This document shows positions 38,408-46,920 of a stretch of 53,155 nt of DNA, piece by piece (the stretch's first letter is position 1; each line of letters opens with the position of its first letter). The notes below the pieces were generated by a model. It did no database searches. It saw only the letters and a program-made list of their open reading frames with translations, and was not told the DNA's origin. The position numbers were made by a program, and so were the translations under genes. The stretch lies in IMG/VR virus record IMGVR_UViG_3300029266_002291, positions 1 through 53,155 of that record. One strand, given 5' to 3'. Source of the DNA: a virus (Duplodnaviria; Caudoviricetes).

Positions 38408-38767
38408 ATGATGGCGCAGTTGTTGATCGAGGTCCCGGATGAGGTGGCGGTGCAAGTCGCTGCCGCGGTGCGCGAGCGCTATGCGGAGGTCATCCGAACG
38501 GCGTACCCTGAGGGTGTGGAAACCAACGCCCAGGCTTGGCGAGCCGTCGCAGCGTGGTGGACAGCGAACCTGCTGGCCGAGCACCATGCCGAGAAGACCC
38601 GCCAGGCTGGTCAGCAGAAGGTCGACGCGGCAGAGAGGGCCCGAGACGACGCGGTCAGGACGGCGCGCGCCAAGGCGTGGTCCACTGTTCAGGCGGTCAT
38701 GCTGCCGCCCGTCCCGCCGCCTGGCGAAGAGCCTGCACCAGGGGGCGTCGTAAGCGGCCTACCCTGA
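38408..38767 (+). CDS. Hypothetical protein
   Basis: GAGGAAGG RBS; position after the fibre gene. Confidence 0.6.
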   Translation: MMAQLLIEVPDEVAVQVAAAVRERYAEVIRTAYPEGVETNAQAWRAVAAWWTANLLAEHHAEKTRQAGQQKVDAAERARDDAVRTARAKAWSTVQAVMLPPVPPPGEEPAPGGVVSGLP

Positions 38768-38790
38768 TGTGTAACACCTGAGGAGATGCT

Positions 38791-38937
38791 GTGAGCAACA
38801 TCGTAGAGTGTAACGACGACCCGAAGCTCACTGAGGAGGAGCTGGAGGCCATCGACGTACTGGCCAAGCTCTCACCGGCGGATCGAGCCGCAGTCGAACA
38901 GCTGGCTGTCGCTCAGCGCGCGAAGGAGTCCAACTGA
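38791..38937 (+). CDS. Small hypothetical protein (48 aa, not in ORF track)
   Basis: GAGGAG RBS; MSNIVECNDDPKLTEEELEAID...; TGATG overlap with the lysin. Confidence 0.55.
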   Translation: MSNIVECNDDPKLTEEELEAIDVLAKLSPADRAAVEQLAVAQRAKESN

Positions 38938-39860
38938 TGGCCTGGATGTCTGGCGCGGTCCGCAAGCCGCTGCCCAATCCGAGCAAAACCAAGATGGCCC
39001 GTTACGACGTCGTGGTGGTCCACACGATGGTCGGCTCGCTGGTCGGCACCGATGGCTACTTCCGTGGCCTCACGAACGGCGTCAACTCCCACTTCGGCAC
39101 CGGTGGCCTCGGTGAGATCTGGCAGTGGGTGGACACTGCCGTTCGGTCTGGTGCGAACGGCGCGGGCAACCACCGCGCGATCACGATCGAAAACGCCGAC
39201 ATGGGTCCGGGTTTCAGTTCCTGGAACACCAGAGACGGCGCCGCGGTACCCGCGTTCACCCCAGCGCAGATCGAGGCCAACGCCCAGATCTGCGCCTGGG
39301 CGCACCTCGCCCATGGTGTTCCGCTGGTCGCCGTGGACACAAGTCGACCGAACGTCCGAGGCATCGGCTACCACCGCCTCGGCTGCAACCCCTGGCGAGT
39401 GCCGGACGGAGAGTTGTGGTCCTCCGCCACTGGCAAGGTGTGCCCCGGCGTGCGCCGGATCGCCCAGATCAATCAGATCATCGAGCGCGCCAAGCAAATC
39501 GTCGCTGGCGCTGACGCAGAGGAGAATGACATGTACGACGACAAGGCCCGCGGTGAGGTGGTCGGCCGTCTCGACGAGGCGATCGGGCTCCTGCGCTCCA
39601 TCCACCCGGCCGTTGCCTCCCTCCAGGTGGGCGTCATGGACCCGTCGAGCGGTGTGCGGACGCTCGTTCTCCAGCTCGCGGGCCGCGATCCCGTGGAGGT
39701 CGACAGCGCTGAACTGGTCGAGGCTCTGGCCCCGACGCTGGTGCCCGCTATCATCGCCGCACTCGACGAGAAGGCGGGGCTAACCAAGGGCGACGTGAAG
39801 GAGGCGGTCAGCGAGATCCTCGCGTCACTGCAGTCGGCGGTGACGCCGGACCCTCGCTGA
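38937..39860 (+). CDS. Endolysin, N-acetylmuramoyl-L-alanine amidase (Amidase_2)
   Basis: VVVHTM, SHFG, ITIEN, GIGYHR, KVCPG Zn-amidase motifs. Confidence 0.88.
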   Translation: MAWMSGAVRKPLPNPSKTKMARYDVVVVHTMVGSLVGTDGYFRGLTNGVNSHFGTGGLGEIWQWVDTAVRSGANGAGNHRAITIENADMGPGFSSWNTRDGAAVPAFTPAQIEANAQICAWAHLAHGVPLVAVDTSRPNVRGIGYHRLGCNPWRVPDGELWSSATGKVCPGVRRIAQINQIIERAKQIVAGADAEENDMYDDKARGEVVGRLDEAIGLLRSIHPAVASLQVGVMDPSSGVRTLVLQLAGRDPVEVDSAELVEALAPTLVPAIIAALDEKAGLTKGDVKEAVSEILASLQSAVTPDPR

Positions 39861-40330
39861 CGCCCGAGCCTGCTCTCCGGCGTCCCCGTCTTGGCCTCCC
39901 GGTCGAAGCGGGGACGTACCGGATCACGAGTGGGTTCGGGCTGCGGCGCAACGCCGACGGTACGGAGTCGATGCACCGCGGGGTCGACTTCGCGCACAAG
40001 ACCCCCGGCAAGGACTACTCCGGGGCCTCCATCTTCGCGATGGAGGACGGCGTCGTCGTCGAGGGATCCGATCGCGCGTCGGTGAGCGGTTTTGGCAACT
40101 GGGTCTGGCTGCGCCACATCATCGACGGCCAGGTGGTCGACACGATCTACGGCCACGTCTACCGGCAGGACATCACGGTAAAGAAGGGCGACCTGGTTGC
40201 CCGTGGGCAGAGGATCGCGAAGGTCGGCAACAACGGCGACTCGTCCAGTGCACACCTGCACGCCGAGGTGTGGCGGGGTGGGCGCACGGACGGCATCGCG
40301 GTGGATCCAGTACCCTGGATGGAGTCGTGA
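39857..40330 (+). CDS. M23 peptidase, second lysin module; start uncertain (CTG 39857, frameshift, or ATG 39971)
   Basis: ITSGFGLR..HRGVDF (HxxxD), YGH, HLHAEV (HxH). Confidence 0.85.
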   Translation: MTPEPALRRPRLGLPVEAGTYRITSGFGLRRNADGTESMHRGVDFAHKTPGKDYSGASIFAMEDGVVVEGSDRASVSGFGNWVWLRHIIDGQVVDTIYGHVYRQDITVKKGDLVARGQRIAKVGNNGDSSSAHLHAEVWRGGRTDGIAVDPVPWMES

Positions 40331-40545
40331 GCCTCCACGATCCCCGAGTCGGCCAGGTCGACGCCACGCCGACGGCCAAGGTCGCCGCTGGCTCACTGGC
40401 GGGCGCGGCCGTGACGATCCTGGTGTCAGTGACCAAGAGCTTCGGCTACGAGCTCGAGCCTGAGGTTGCCGCTGCACTGGTTGTCGTGGTGGGCTACGCG
40501 GCGGCGTACTTCAAGAAGAGTCGCCCCGGCGACATTGATCACTGA
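40327..40545 (+). CDS. Holin
   Basis: Two TM segments, KVAAGSLAGAAV...; basic C-terminus; follows the lysins. Confidence 0.7.
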   Translation: MSLHDPRVGQVDATPTAKVAAGSLAGAAVTILVSVTKSFGYELEPEVAAALVVVVGYAAAYFKKSRPGDIDH

Positions 40546-40571
40546 ACGTCCAGCCCACTCACAGGAACGGC

Positions 40572-40607
40572 ATGAGGCAGGTACGCTGAGATGCGTACCT
40601 GCCTCAT
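40572..40607. terminator. 15-bp perfect hairpin after the holin
   Basis: ATGAGGCAGGTACGC pairs with GCGTACCTGCCTCAT. Confidence 0.5.
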
Positions 40608-40633
40608 CGCTTTGCGTAAGGAGATGACTCGCC

Positions 40634-40978
40634 GTGGAGTTGCTCGGCATCGACCCGGCGATCCTGATCTCCCCGGCCGCACTGCTCGGCATCGTCTTTC
40701 TTGGCTTCATGCTGGGGATCTTCTTCCCTCGCGCCACGGTCACGCGACTGTGGAAGCAGCTCGACGCGCGTGAGGCGGAGAACAAGGAGCTGCGCGACAC
40801 CCTCGACACGCAGGCCGACTCGATGGAGAAGCTGGCCAGCCAGGTGGGCGACGTGAAGACCGCTCTCCAGGGGGTGCTGTACGCCATGCAGGAGATCCAG
40901 GCCGCGGGTCGCTATGCTGCAGGTATGGAGCCCGCTCCGCGGACCCTCATGCAGAAGACTCGGGACGGGGAAGCGTGA
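40634..40978 (+). CDS. Membrane-anchored coiled-coil protein (lysis cassette)
   Basis: N-terminal TM followed by a coiled coil; AAGGAG upstream. Confidence 0.7.
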   Translation: MELLGIDPAILISPAALLGIVFLGFMLGIFFPRATVTRLWKQLDAREAENKELRDTLDTQADSMEKLASQVGDVKTALQGVLYAMQEIQAAGRYAAGMEPAPRTLMQKTRDGEA

Positions 40979-41199
40979 CCACCATGTGGCTGTTCGGCAA
41001 GGAGCCGCCCGCGAGGGGGTTGGAGATCTCTGAGCACACGCGCCGCGTGCGCAGTCGAACCGAGCGCCTGGCCGAAGCGATCGAGGCCCAGGGCGTAGAG
41101 ACCCGCGCCGTCGCGCGCGAGGCCGAGCAGATCCGACAGAACAACCACTTCGGACCGGCACTCATCGCCGCGTTCTCGACCCCCCGGAGGAAGACGTGA
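40975..41199 (+). CDS. Hypothetical protein
   Basis: GTGA overlaps; RQNNHFG motif. Confidence 0.65.
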   Translation: MTTMWLFGKEPPARGLEISEHTRRVRSRTERLAEAIEAQGVETRAVAREAEQIRQNNHFGPALIAAFSTPRRKT

Positions 41200-41525
41200 T
41201 CGACGTCCTGCTGTACGCCGTCGTGGTGGTCACGCTGAGCTACCTGATCTACCGCTACCACCGGTACTCGACCTGGGAGCGAACGCCCGCGGGCCGCGCC
41301 TTCATGCTCATGAAGGTCTGCCTGCTCGCGCTAAGCCTATACGGGCTGGCCAACGTATGGTTCCTCAGCGGCACGGCCGAGGATGCGATCCGGGCGGTCA
41401 TCACGCTGTCCATCACCGGTGCGCTGATCTACCAGACCCGCGTCGTCATCGACAGCCAGGGAGGCTTCCGCCGGAGCAAGCGCGAGGCGGCCGAGCTGGA
41501 GGAGCCGCATCAGCCCATGACGTAG
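41196..41525 (+). CDS. Three-TM membrane protein (holin-like)
   Basis: Three hydrophobic helices; WERTPAGRAFM. Confidence 0.7.
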   Translation: MIDVLLYAVVVVTLSYLIYRYHRYSTWERTPAGRAFMLMKVCLLALSLYGLANVWFLSGTAEDAIRAVITLSITGALIYQTRVVIDSQGGFRRSKREAAELEEPHQPMT

Positions 41526-42115
41526 GTCATGGGGTGCTCGCCGGAGCGCATCCGCTCGAGCGGACTCTTCTCGACGTACGCCAGCGCCCTCTGCGCCACG
41601 CTCAGCTCATTCAGGAGCTTCGCCAGGGTCTTGTTGCACCCCCACTCTGGCGAGGCGCACAGCAACCCCCTGACGGCGTTCGTGCGGTGGTCGTGGTCGA
41701 CGGCCAGTCGGCGGGCCCGCGGCTTCTCCCCGCAGATGTAGCAGCGGCCCTGCTGCCACTCCAGGAGCGCGGCGTACTCCTCGGGGCTGATGTCGTACGT
41801 GCGAGCTACCTGGGAGGCCCTGGATGCCTGTGAGGCGTGCGCGCGGCACTTCGAAGCGCGGCTGTACTCGATCGGCACCTGCTGCTGGCAGCCTGAGCAC
41901 CAGCGCCAGCCGGGGTGCCACTCCCGCTCCGGCATCCGGGCGCGGTACTCATAGCCGGGCTTCCCCTCGGCGCGGGCCCGGCGGCGCTCGGCGTACATCA
42001 CTTGGTCGTCGATCGGCTGCTTGGCCAGCCAGCACCAGCTGCACCGGTGCGCGGGGAGCTTCTTCTTGCGCTTCCCGCAGTCGATGCAGAGTGCTGGTAC
42101 TGACTTCTTGCTCAT
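41510..42115 (-). CDS. Endonuclease VII-family protein
   Basis: YDISPEEYAALLEWQQGRCYIC...LAVDHDH...VRGLLC...CN. Confidence 0.9.
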   Translation of the reverse strand: MSKKSVPALCIDCGKRKKKLPAHRCSWCWLAKQPIDDQVMYAERRRARAEGKPGYEYRARMPEREWHPGWRWCSGCQQQVPIEYSRASKCRAHASQASRASQVARTYDISPEEYAALLEWQQGRCYICGEKPRARRLAVDHDHRTNAVRGLLCASPEWGCNKTLAKLLNELSVAQRALAYVEKSPLERMRSGEHPMTYVMG

Positions 42116-42116
42116 G

Positions 42117-42190
42117 TGGGGTGGTGAGGACTCGAACCCCACTCGCGCGAGTATGCCCCGCGCTCTACCGGTGACTCGTCAGTCCACCCC
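42117..42190 (-). tRNA. Degenerate tRNA-like element (CAT at the anticodon position)
   Basis: Acceptor GGGGTGG/CCACCCC+A; T-arm TGGGG-TTCGAGT-CCTCA; anticodon arm CGCGG-GGCATAC-TCGCG; D-arm non-canonical, no U33, no CCA. Confidence 0.5.
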
Positions 42191-42193
42191 AGG

Positions 42194-42217
42194 CCCTCCC
42201 CGCCGGAGCGGGGAGGG
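42194..42217 (-). terminator. Hairpin
   Basis: CCCTCCCCGC-CGGA-GCGGGGAGGG. Confidence 0.55.
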
Positions 42218-42223
42218 GGTCGA

Positions 42224-42394
42224 TCAGGTGATGCCCGCGTGGCAGATGACGGGGCCACCCCAGAAGAAGTGGCAGTGCCAGGTGGCCCTGGCCATGCCCG
42301 GCGACGGCTCGGCGCTGGCCGCGGGAGCGGCGGCGAGGCCGACGCCACCGGCGATGACGAGGCTCCCCAGCACGGCGAGCAGGCGACGGCGCAT
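42224..42394 (-). CDS. Secreted micropeptide (56 aa, not in ORF track)
   Basis: MRRRLLAVLGSLVIAGGVGLAAAPAASA|EPSPGMARATWHCHFFWGGPVICHAGIT; TGATG coupling. Confidence 0.7.
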   Translation of the reverse strand: MRRRLLAVLGSLVIAGGVGLAAAPAASAEPSPGMARATWHCHFFWGGPVICHAGIT

Positions 42395-42879
42395 CACTCG
42401 TCGCCGAACGGGTCGTCGTCGGGCGCGTCGCCGGACACGTCGGGCTCCGGCTCGGGCTCCTTGGCCTTGGCCGCCTTCGCCCGCGACTTCGGAGCGGACT
42501 TCGGCTCCTCGGCGACGGCGACGGCGTCGCCGTTCTCGCTGGCCTGGAACTCCTGCTCCGCCTGGATGGTGTCGTCGACGTCGGCCGCCGGGTCCACGAC
42601 GTCCTCAAGCGTCGGCGCCTCGTCGAGCTCGGCCTGCGCCTGGTCGTCGGGGAAGCCGTCGTCGCTGTCCTGGTTGGCGAGGTGAGCGTCGAGGTCGAAC
42701 TCCTCGGGCAGGTCGGGGTGCGCGAGGCGCCACTTCAGCTCACGCTGCGCCCGGTTCACCTCGGCGTTGGCCTCGGTCGCCTTCTCGACGGCGAGGGTGT
42801 GCTTCTTCTGGGCGCGGCCGACGACGTCGCGCGCCTTGACGGCGTCGTCGATGGCCTTCTCTGCTGCAGTCTTGGGCAT
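42394..42879 (-). CDS. Hypothetical protein, coiled coil plus acidic tail
   Basis: AGGAGG RBS; strong codon bias. Confidence 0.75.
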   Translation of the reverse strand: MPKTAAEKAIDDAVKARDVVGRAQKKHTLAVEKATEANAEVNRAQRELKWRLAHPDLPEEFDLDAHLANQDSDDGFPDDQAQAELDEAPTLEDVVDPAADVDDTIQAEQEFQASENGDAVAVAEEPKSAPKSRAKAAKAKEPEPEPDVSGDAPDDDPFGDE

Positions 42880-42972
42880 GTGAACCTCCTGGGTTCGGGG
42901 TGTTGTGGAGGGGGTGGTGCGGGCGGGCGCCGGGTGATGTGGAGAGGTCCGCCGGCGCCCGCCCGAGTCGCG

Positions 42973-43641
42973 CTAGACGACCAGTGCGTCCCCGCGCATC
43001 AGCGCGACGTCGAAGCCGGTCCGGTGGGCGAACGGCGGCTCGTCCTCGGCGTCGGCGCCGCCCGCGAACGGGTCACCGCCGGTGGTCGGCTCGGACTTGG
43101 CCGCCGGGTCACCCCAGGGGTCCGAGTCCTCCGACGCCTGGCCGGAGTTCTCGGTCAGCGGGTCGTCGTTGGTCGGCGGCAGCTCGGCGCCGACCTTGAT
43201 GACCGCCTTGAACATCTTGGGGTGGTTGCCCTTCTTGGCGGGCACCGACTTGTCGTCGCCGACGTACTGGAGGGCCAGCGTGTCGCCCGGCTTCAGGCGG
43301 TAGTTCGGGTCCTCCAGCTCTTCGCGGACCTTCTTCTGGGCCGCGACGATCTGCCGGTACATCGAGGTGGTGGCCTTCTTGCCCATCTTCTTGGCCCACA
43401 GCGACCGCTTCTCGCCGTCGTCCTCGACGGACGCGACGAGCACGAGCTTGGGGTCGCCGTTGTCCCAGCGCTCCACCTCGCCGTCGTCGTCCTTCTGCTC
43501 GAGGAGCTTGGGCCAGTCGAGCACCTTCAGCTTGACCCACTCCCCCTTGGGGTGGCCGCCGTTGGGCTCGTGGAAGGAGACCGCCGGGACGGATTCGAAG
43601 GACTCGAGGGGGTCCTGCTCGGGGCGCTGGCTGCTCGTCAT
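42973..43641 (-). CDS. Probable single-stranded DNA-binding protein
   Basis: WDNGDPK motif; acidic C-tail with DEPPF; near the exonuclease. Confidence 0.6.
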   Translation of the reverse strand: MTSSQRPEQDPLESFESVPAVSFHEPNGGHPKGEWVKLKVLDWPKLLEQKDDDGEVERWDNGDPKLVLVASVEDDGEKRSLWAKKMGKKATTSMYRQIVAAQKKVREELEDPNYRLKPGDTLALQYVGDDKSVPAKKGNHPKMFKAVIKVGAELPPTNDDPLTENSGQASEDSDPWGDPAAKSEPTTGGDPFAGGADAEDEPPFAHRTGFDVALMRGDALVV

Positions 43642-43913
43642 GTTCGTACCTCGTCTTCGTTGGGGTTCGTTGTGGTGTTGCTGAAGTCACCGTACTCGAC
43701 TCCTACTCGATGTGCAAACTCATCGAGAGTCGCTTGCAGCTCGCGCCGCATCACGGCCTTGGCCGCGGTCATCCAGAGCCCGAACTCGACGTGCCCGAGC
43801 TCTCCGCACAGGATGGTCATCCGCGCCTTGTCAACCTGGAAGGCATACCAGGGGAGCTGATCGACCTCGACCACGAGGAAGCCACCGACCCGCTGGGTCT
43901 TGCGGACGGTCAT
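43638..43913 (-). CDS. Hypothetical protein
   Basis: ATGA overlaps at both ends. Confidence 0.55.
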   Translation of the reverse strand: MTVRKTQRVGGFLVVEVDQLPWYAFQVDKARMTILCGELGHVEFGLWMTAAKAVMRRELQATLDEFAHRVGVEYGDFSNTTTNPNEDEVRT

Positions 43914-44086
43914 CGGTTGTCGATCCAGAGCTGATCGCATTCGACTGGCGTGTGGTCAGGAGGCGTCGGGTCGCCGGGCTGCCAACCCACGGGGAGCCGA
44001 GGGCCCGCGCAGAGCAGGGTGCTAGGCATGCGTCCCCGGAAGGTGGTCAGGCAGCTGGGGCACTGCCAGCCGATGAAGATCCTCAC
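43910..44086 (-). CDS. Small Cys-containing protein (58 aa, not in ORF track)
   Basis: MRIFIGWQCPSC...; fills the gap with GTGA/ATGA overlaps. Confidence 0.55.
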   Translation of the reverse strand: MRIFIGWQCPSCLTTFRGRMPSTLLCAGPRLPVGWQPGDPTPPDHTPVECDQLWIDNR

Positions 44087-44262
44087 TCTGGCGCTCGTTC
44101 GTGCGCCAGACGAAGTGCAAAAAGTCCATGCTTCATGGCGAACGACCAGGACACTTCCGAGCCAGAGTTGACCAACCCGCCTTCGTCATAGATGTCCCAC
44201 CACCACTTGAAGTGGCGACGTTCGGCACCAGGCGCCTTGTAGACCTTGAGATAGACCCTCAT
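44083..44262 (-). CDS. Small hypothetical protein (WWWDIYD)
   Basis: ATGA overlap with the exonuclease; similar to 47622-47807. Confidence 0.6.
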   Translation of the reverse strand: MRVYLKVYKAPGAERRHFKWWWDIYDEGGLVNSGSEVSWSFAMKHGLFALRLAHERAPE

Positions 44263-45320
44263 CCCTGCCCCCTCTCGCGGATGGCCTTCCAGCCGTAGGA
44301 CATCAGGTCGTCGGTCCAGACGTCCTTGAACTCGCGGTACAGCTCCTTCATGACCGCCTTGGTCGGCGTCTCCATGGCGTCGATCAGGCTGCGGACGTGG
44401 TCCTCCATCAGGAGGTCGGTGTCCAGCGGCTGCTTCTTCTTCGTCATCGTGTGCCGCTTGCGGTAGTCGCGGGCCTCGATGGCGATGCGCGCGCCGATCC
44501 GCCCCTCCTCCAGGTCCAGCGGCCACCACTCGGCCTCGACGCGGCCGTGCTCGTCGGGGTCGGCGGAGACCTGCAGTCGGATCCCGTAGTCGGGGTCGAC
44601 GTCCCACCCCTGGTCGGCGTACGTGGTGCGCAGGTGATTGCCGTCGTCGTCGACCTCGTACGGGTCGCCGCCCTCGTAGACGGCCAGCTGCACCTGGTCG
44701 GCGTCGATGTTGATGCGGCCCGACTTGAGGTCGATCAGCACCAGCTTCTTCCGCCACGGCACCTCGGCCAGGAGGTCGAAGCTGCCCGCGGACATCAGCC
44801 GGTCGTTGGCGACGAACAGCTCGCGCACCACCGGCTTGATCCGCAGGCGGTCCATGGAACGCTGGATCGCCTCGACGTGCAGCTGCATGTACTCCGGCAC
44901 GTCGGCGAGGACGTCGTCCCCCTGCTCCATGAAGCGGTGCAGCGCGGAGCCGAAGTCCCGTCGCTGGTGGGCCTTCGCACGCTCCAGGGCACGCTCCCCG
45001 ACCTCGTCGAGGATGCGGCCCTCCTCCTTGTTCCGCCCGGCGTCCCGTTCGCCGAGGCCGGTGGAGTAGGTGGAGGAACCCGCCAGCGCGCTGAGCTCGG
45101 CGTCCATGCCGGTGCCCTTGATCTTCATGCGGGTCTGCCAGAGCTGCAGCCCATGCGTGCTCTGGATCTCCTTGGCCAGCGTCGAGGCCGACGTGTAGGG
45201 CACCGGGCCCCAGCCGTCGGCGCGGTACAGCAGCGCCCGTCCCCAGCGGTCGCGGGGGACGCCGGAACGGTCGAGGGGGGTCGAGTCGTCGAGCGGATCG
45301 AGGGCGGGCATCTGGCTCAC
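44259..45320 (-). CDS. Cas4/PD-(D/E)XK-family exonuclease
   Basis: RDRWGR, GSALH, AGSFD, LIDLKSG, QLAVY. Confidence 0.85.
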   Translation of the reverse strand: MSQMPALDPLDDSTPLDRSGVPRDRWGRALLYRADGWGPVPYTSASTLAKEIQSTHGLQLWQTRMKIKGTGMDAELSALAGSSTYSTGLGERDAGRNKEEGRILDEVGERALERAKAHQRRDFGSALHRFMEQGDDVLADVPEYMQLHVEAIQRSMDRLRIKPVVRELFVANDRLMSAGSFDLLAEVPWRKKLVLIDLKSGRINIDADQVQLAVYEGGDPYEVDDDGNHLRTTYADQGWDVDPDYGIRLQVSADPDEHGRVEAEWWPLDLEEGRIGARIAIEARDYRKRHTMTKKKQPLDTDLLMEDHVRSLIDAMETPTKAVMKELYREFKDVWTDDLMSYGWKAIRERGQG

Positions 45321-45487
45321 TCCTGCGCCCCCTCGATCGCCTGGGCCTCATCCTCGGTGATGATCGCGTTGCCGCTGACGCCGAGCTCGAACACCGACTC
45401 ACGGTTGATCCAGTCGAAGTCGACCACGGTGTCGTTGTCGGCCAGCAGCTTGCGCATCACGCTGGCGAGCTCTGCGTCTCCACGCAT
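45317..45487 (-). CDS. Small hypothetical protein (56 aa, not in ORF track)
   Basis: MRGDAELASVMRKLL...; coupled overlaps. Confidence 0.55.
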   Translation of the reverse strand: MRGDAELASVMRKLLADNDTVVDFDWINRESVFELGVSGNAIITEDEAQAIEGAQE

Positions 45488-45762
45488 CACGGCTCGACCA
45501 CCACATTGACGTACGTCCGAGTGTCGCCGAGGCCGCGGGTCCAGATCGCCTCGTTGCCACCGTCGAGCGTTATGTGCTCGGGGTCGCCGCTCGGCGTCAG
45601 GCCGAGCACGCGGTGTAGGCCGCCGCCGATGGTCAGCAGGTCTTCGGAGCCCTCCGAGCTGGTCGCCAGGCGCTTGCCGGTGGTGCCGTCGAGGTACTTC
45701 CAGCGCCAGCCGCCGCCGGACATCCGCGGGCGGCTTGAGCGGTAGATGACGACGCGGTCCAT
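45487..45762 (-). CDS. Hypothetical protein, YegP/DUF1508-like
   Basis: GWRWKYLDG..GKRLATSSEG. Confidence 0.55.
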   Translation of the reverse strand: MDRVVIYRSSRPRMSGGGWRWKYLDGTTGKRLATSSEGSEDLLTIGGGLHRVLGLTPSGDPEHITLDGGNEAIWTRGLGDTRTYVNVVVEP

Positions 45763-45998
45763 CACTTCTCCGCCTGCTTCGTCCAGACCTGCCACGAGCC
45801 GGGAGCGAAGTACTGCACCAGGACGATGTTGATCAGGAACGCCTGCCAGTAGCTGACGCCCAGGTCGGGCAGGAGGGCGCCGAGCACGAGCATGAGCACC
45901 CAGGCCCGCACGAACCACAGCACGATGCTGGTGGCGAAGTTGAGACCGAACGTGCCCTTGGGCCGGACGATCGTGACCGGCATCGGCGCGGTGGTCAT
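45762..45998 (-). CDS. Membrane protein
   Basis: Two hydrophobic helices; SYWQAF. Confidence 0.65.
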   Translation of the reverse strand: MTTAPMPVTIVRPKGTFGLNFATSIVLWFVRAWVLMLVLGALLPDLGVSYWQAFLINIVLVQYFAPGSWQVWTKQAEK

Positions 45999-46510
45999 CA
46001 GCCCTTCACCACCGAGACGAACGTCCGGCCGCGCGTGTCGGCGTAGGTCATGTCCTCGGCGGTCGCGATGGCCTCCGTGTGCGCCTTCTTGAGGACATGG
46101 TGCAGGCGGTCGTTGACCTTCCTGGCCGCCCCGTGCTCCGCGTTGACCATCTCCTCCTCGGTCATCTCGTCGGTGACCCCGGCGAGCTCGATCTCGATGG
46201 CGGCCAGGTGCGCCTCGACGTTCTCCTGCATCGCTGGGGTGGCCTCGACGAGGCGGAAGTCGACCCGTGCGAGGCCGAGAAGGTTCTGCTCCTCGCGGTC
46301 GGCGACCCACTGGCGCCGGACGTAGCGGCGGGTGGCCTTCTTCTGCTCGCGCGCCGCCTGGCGGGCCCGGAGCCGCCGGACCTGACGGGCGGAGAGCTGG
46401 ACCTGCCGGTCGGCCTGGCTCGACTTGGCGGCAAGCGCTTCGGCCATCTGGGACTTCATCCGCAGCGTCTGCGCCGCTGCGTCGCTGTACTTGATCTCCA
46501 TGGTGGACAT
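45998..46510 (-). CDS. Hypothetical protein
   Basis: GAGAGG RBS; helical; good codon bias. Confidence 0.7.
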   Translation of the reverse strand: MSTMEIKYSDAAAQTLRMKSQMAEALAAKSSQADRQVQLSARQVRRLRARQAAREQKKATRRYVRRQWVADREEQNLLGLARVDFRLVEATPAMQENVEAHLAAIEIELAGVTDEMTEEEMVNAEHGAARKVNDRLHHVLKKAHTEAIATAEDMTYADTRGRTFVSVVKG

Positions 46511-46534
46511 CCTCTCGTCGTGGTGCAGTGGAAG

Positions 46535-46554
46535 TGAGTGTAGACCTACTTGTC
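46535..46554 (-). promoter_or_regulatory. Copy 1 of the 20-bp repeat TGAGTGYAGACCTACTTGTC
   Basis: 19/20 match to 47861-47880. Confidence 0.6.
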
Positions 46555-46920
46555 GAACGAGGGAAGCAGCTTCACCGCGTTCGCCAGCGCATCGTGGGCG
46601 TTGTCGATCTGCAGGTCAGTGGCATCGTCGGACTCCTCGAGGTCCACGAGGCTTCGTGCCGCGGCGATCACCTTGGCGTCGACCGCGGAACGGAGGAAGC
46701 CCAGCCGCGCGACCGCCCAGACGGTCTCGTTGCAGATCGCCCGTCGCTTGCGGTGTGCGTTCTCGTTCGAAGCGAGGTACTCCTCGAGCTGACTCTGCGC
46801 CGCCTCGGCGACCTCGGCCACCTCGCGGACCCGAATGGTCACCTGGTCCAGGGCCGCCTGCACCGAGGGCCAGACCTCCTTCGTCACGTCGCGGATCCGC
46901 AGCGTCATCGTGCTCGCCAT
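46546..46920 (-). CDS. Hypothetical protein
   Basis: TGATG coupling; codon bias. Confidence 0.65.
   Translation of the reverse strand: MASTMTLRIRDVTKEVWPSVQAALDQVTIRVREVAEVAEAAQSQLEEYLASNENAHRKRRAICNETVWAVARLGFLRSAVDAKVIAAARSLVDLEESDDATDLQIDNAHDALANAVKLLPSFDK

Noticed and set aside
42117-42190. Functional tRNA-Met/Ile or an attP core
   Set aside because: It lacks U33, a D-stem and CCA, and no integrase is present in the window.
44259-45320. Cas4-like nuclease plus DinG as a CRISPR (type IV-like) system
   Set aside because: No repeat-spacer array or other cas genes are seen, the two genes are about 37 kb apart, and both are ordinary phage recombination or repair proteins.
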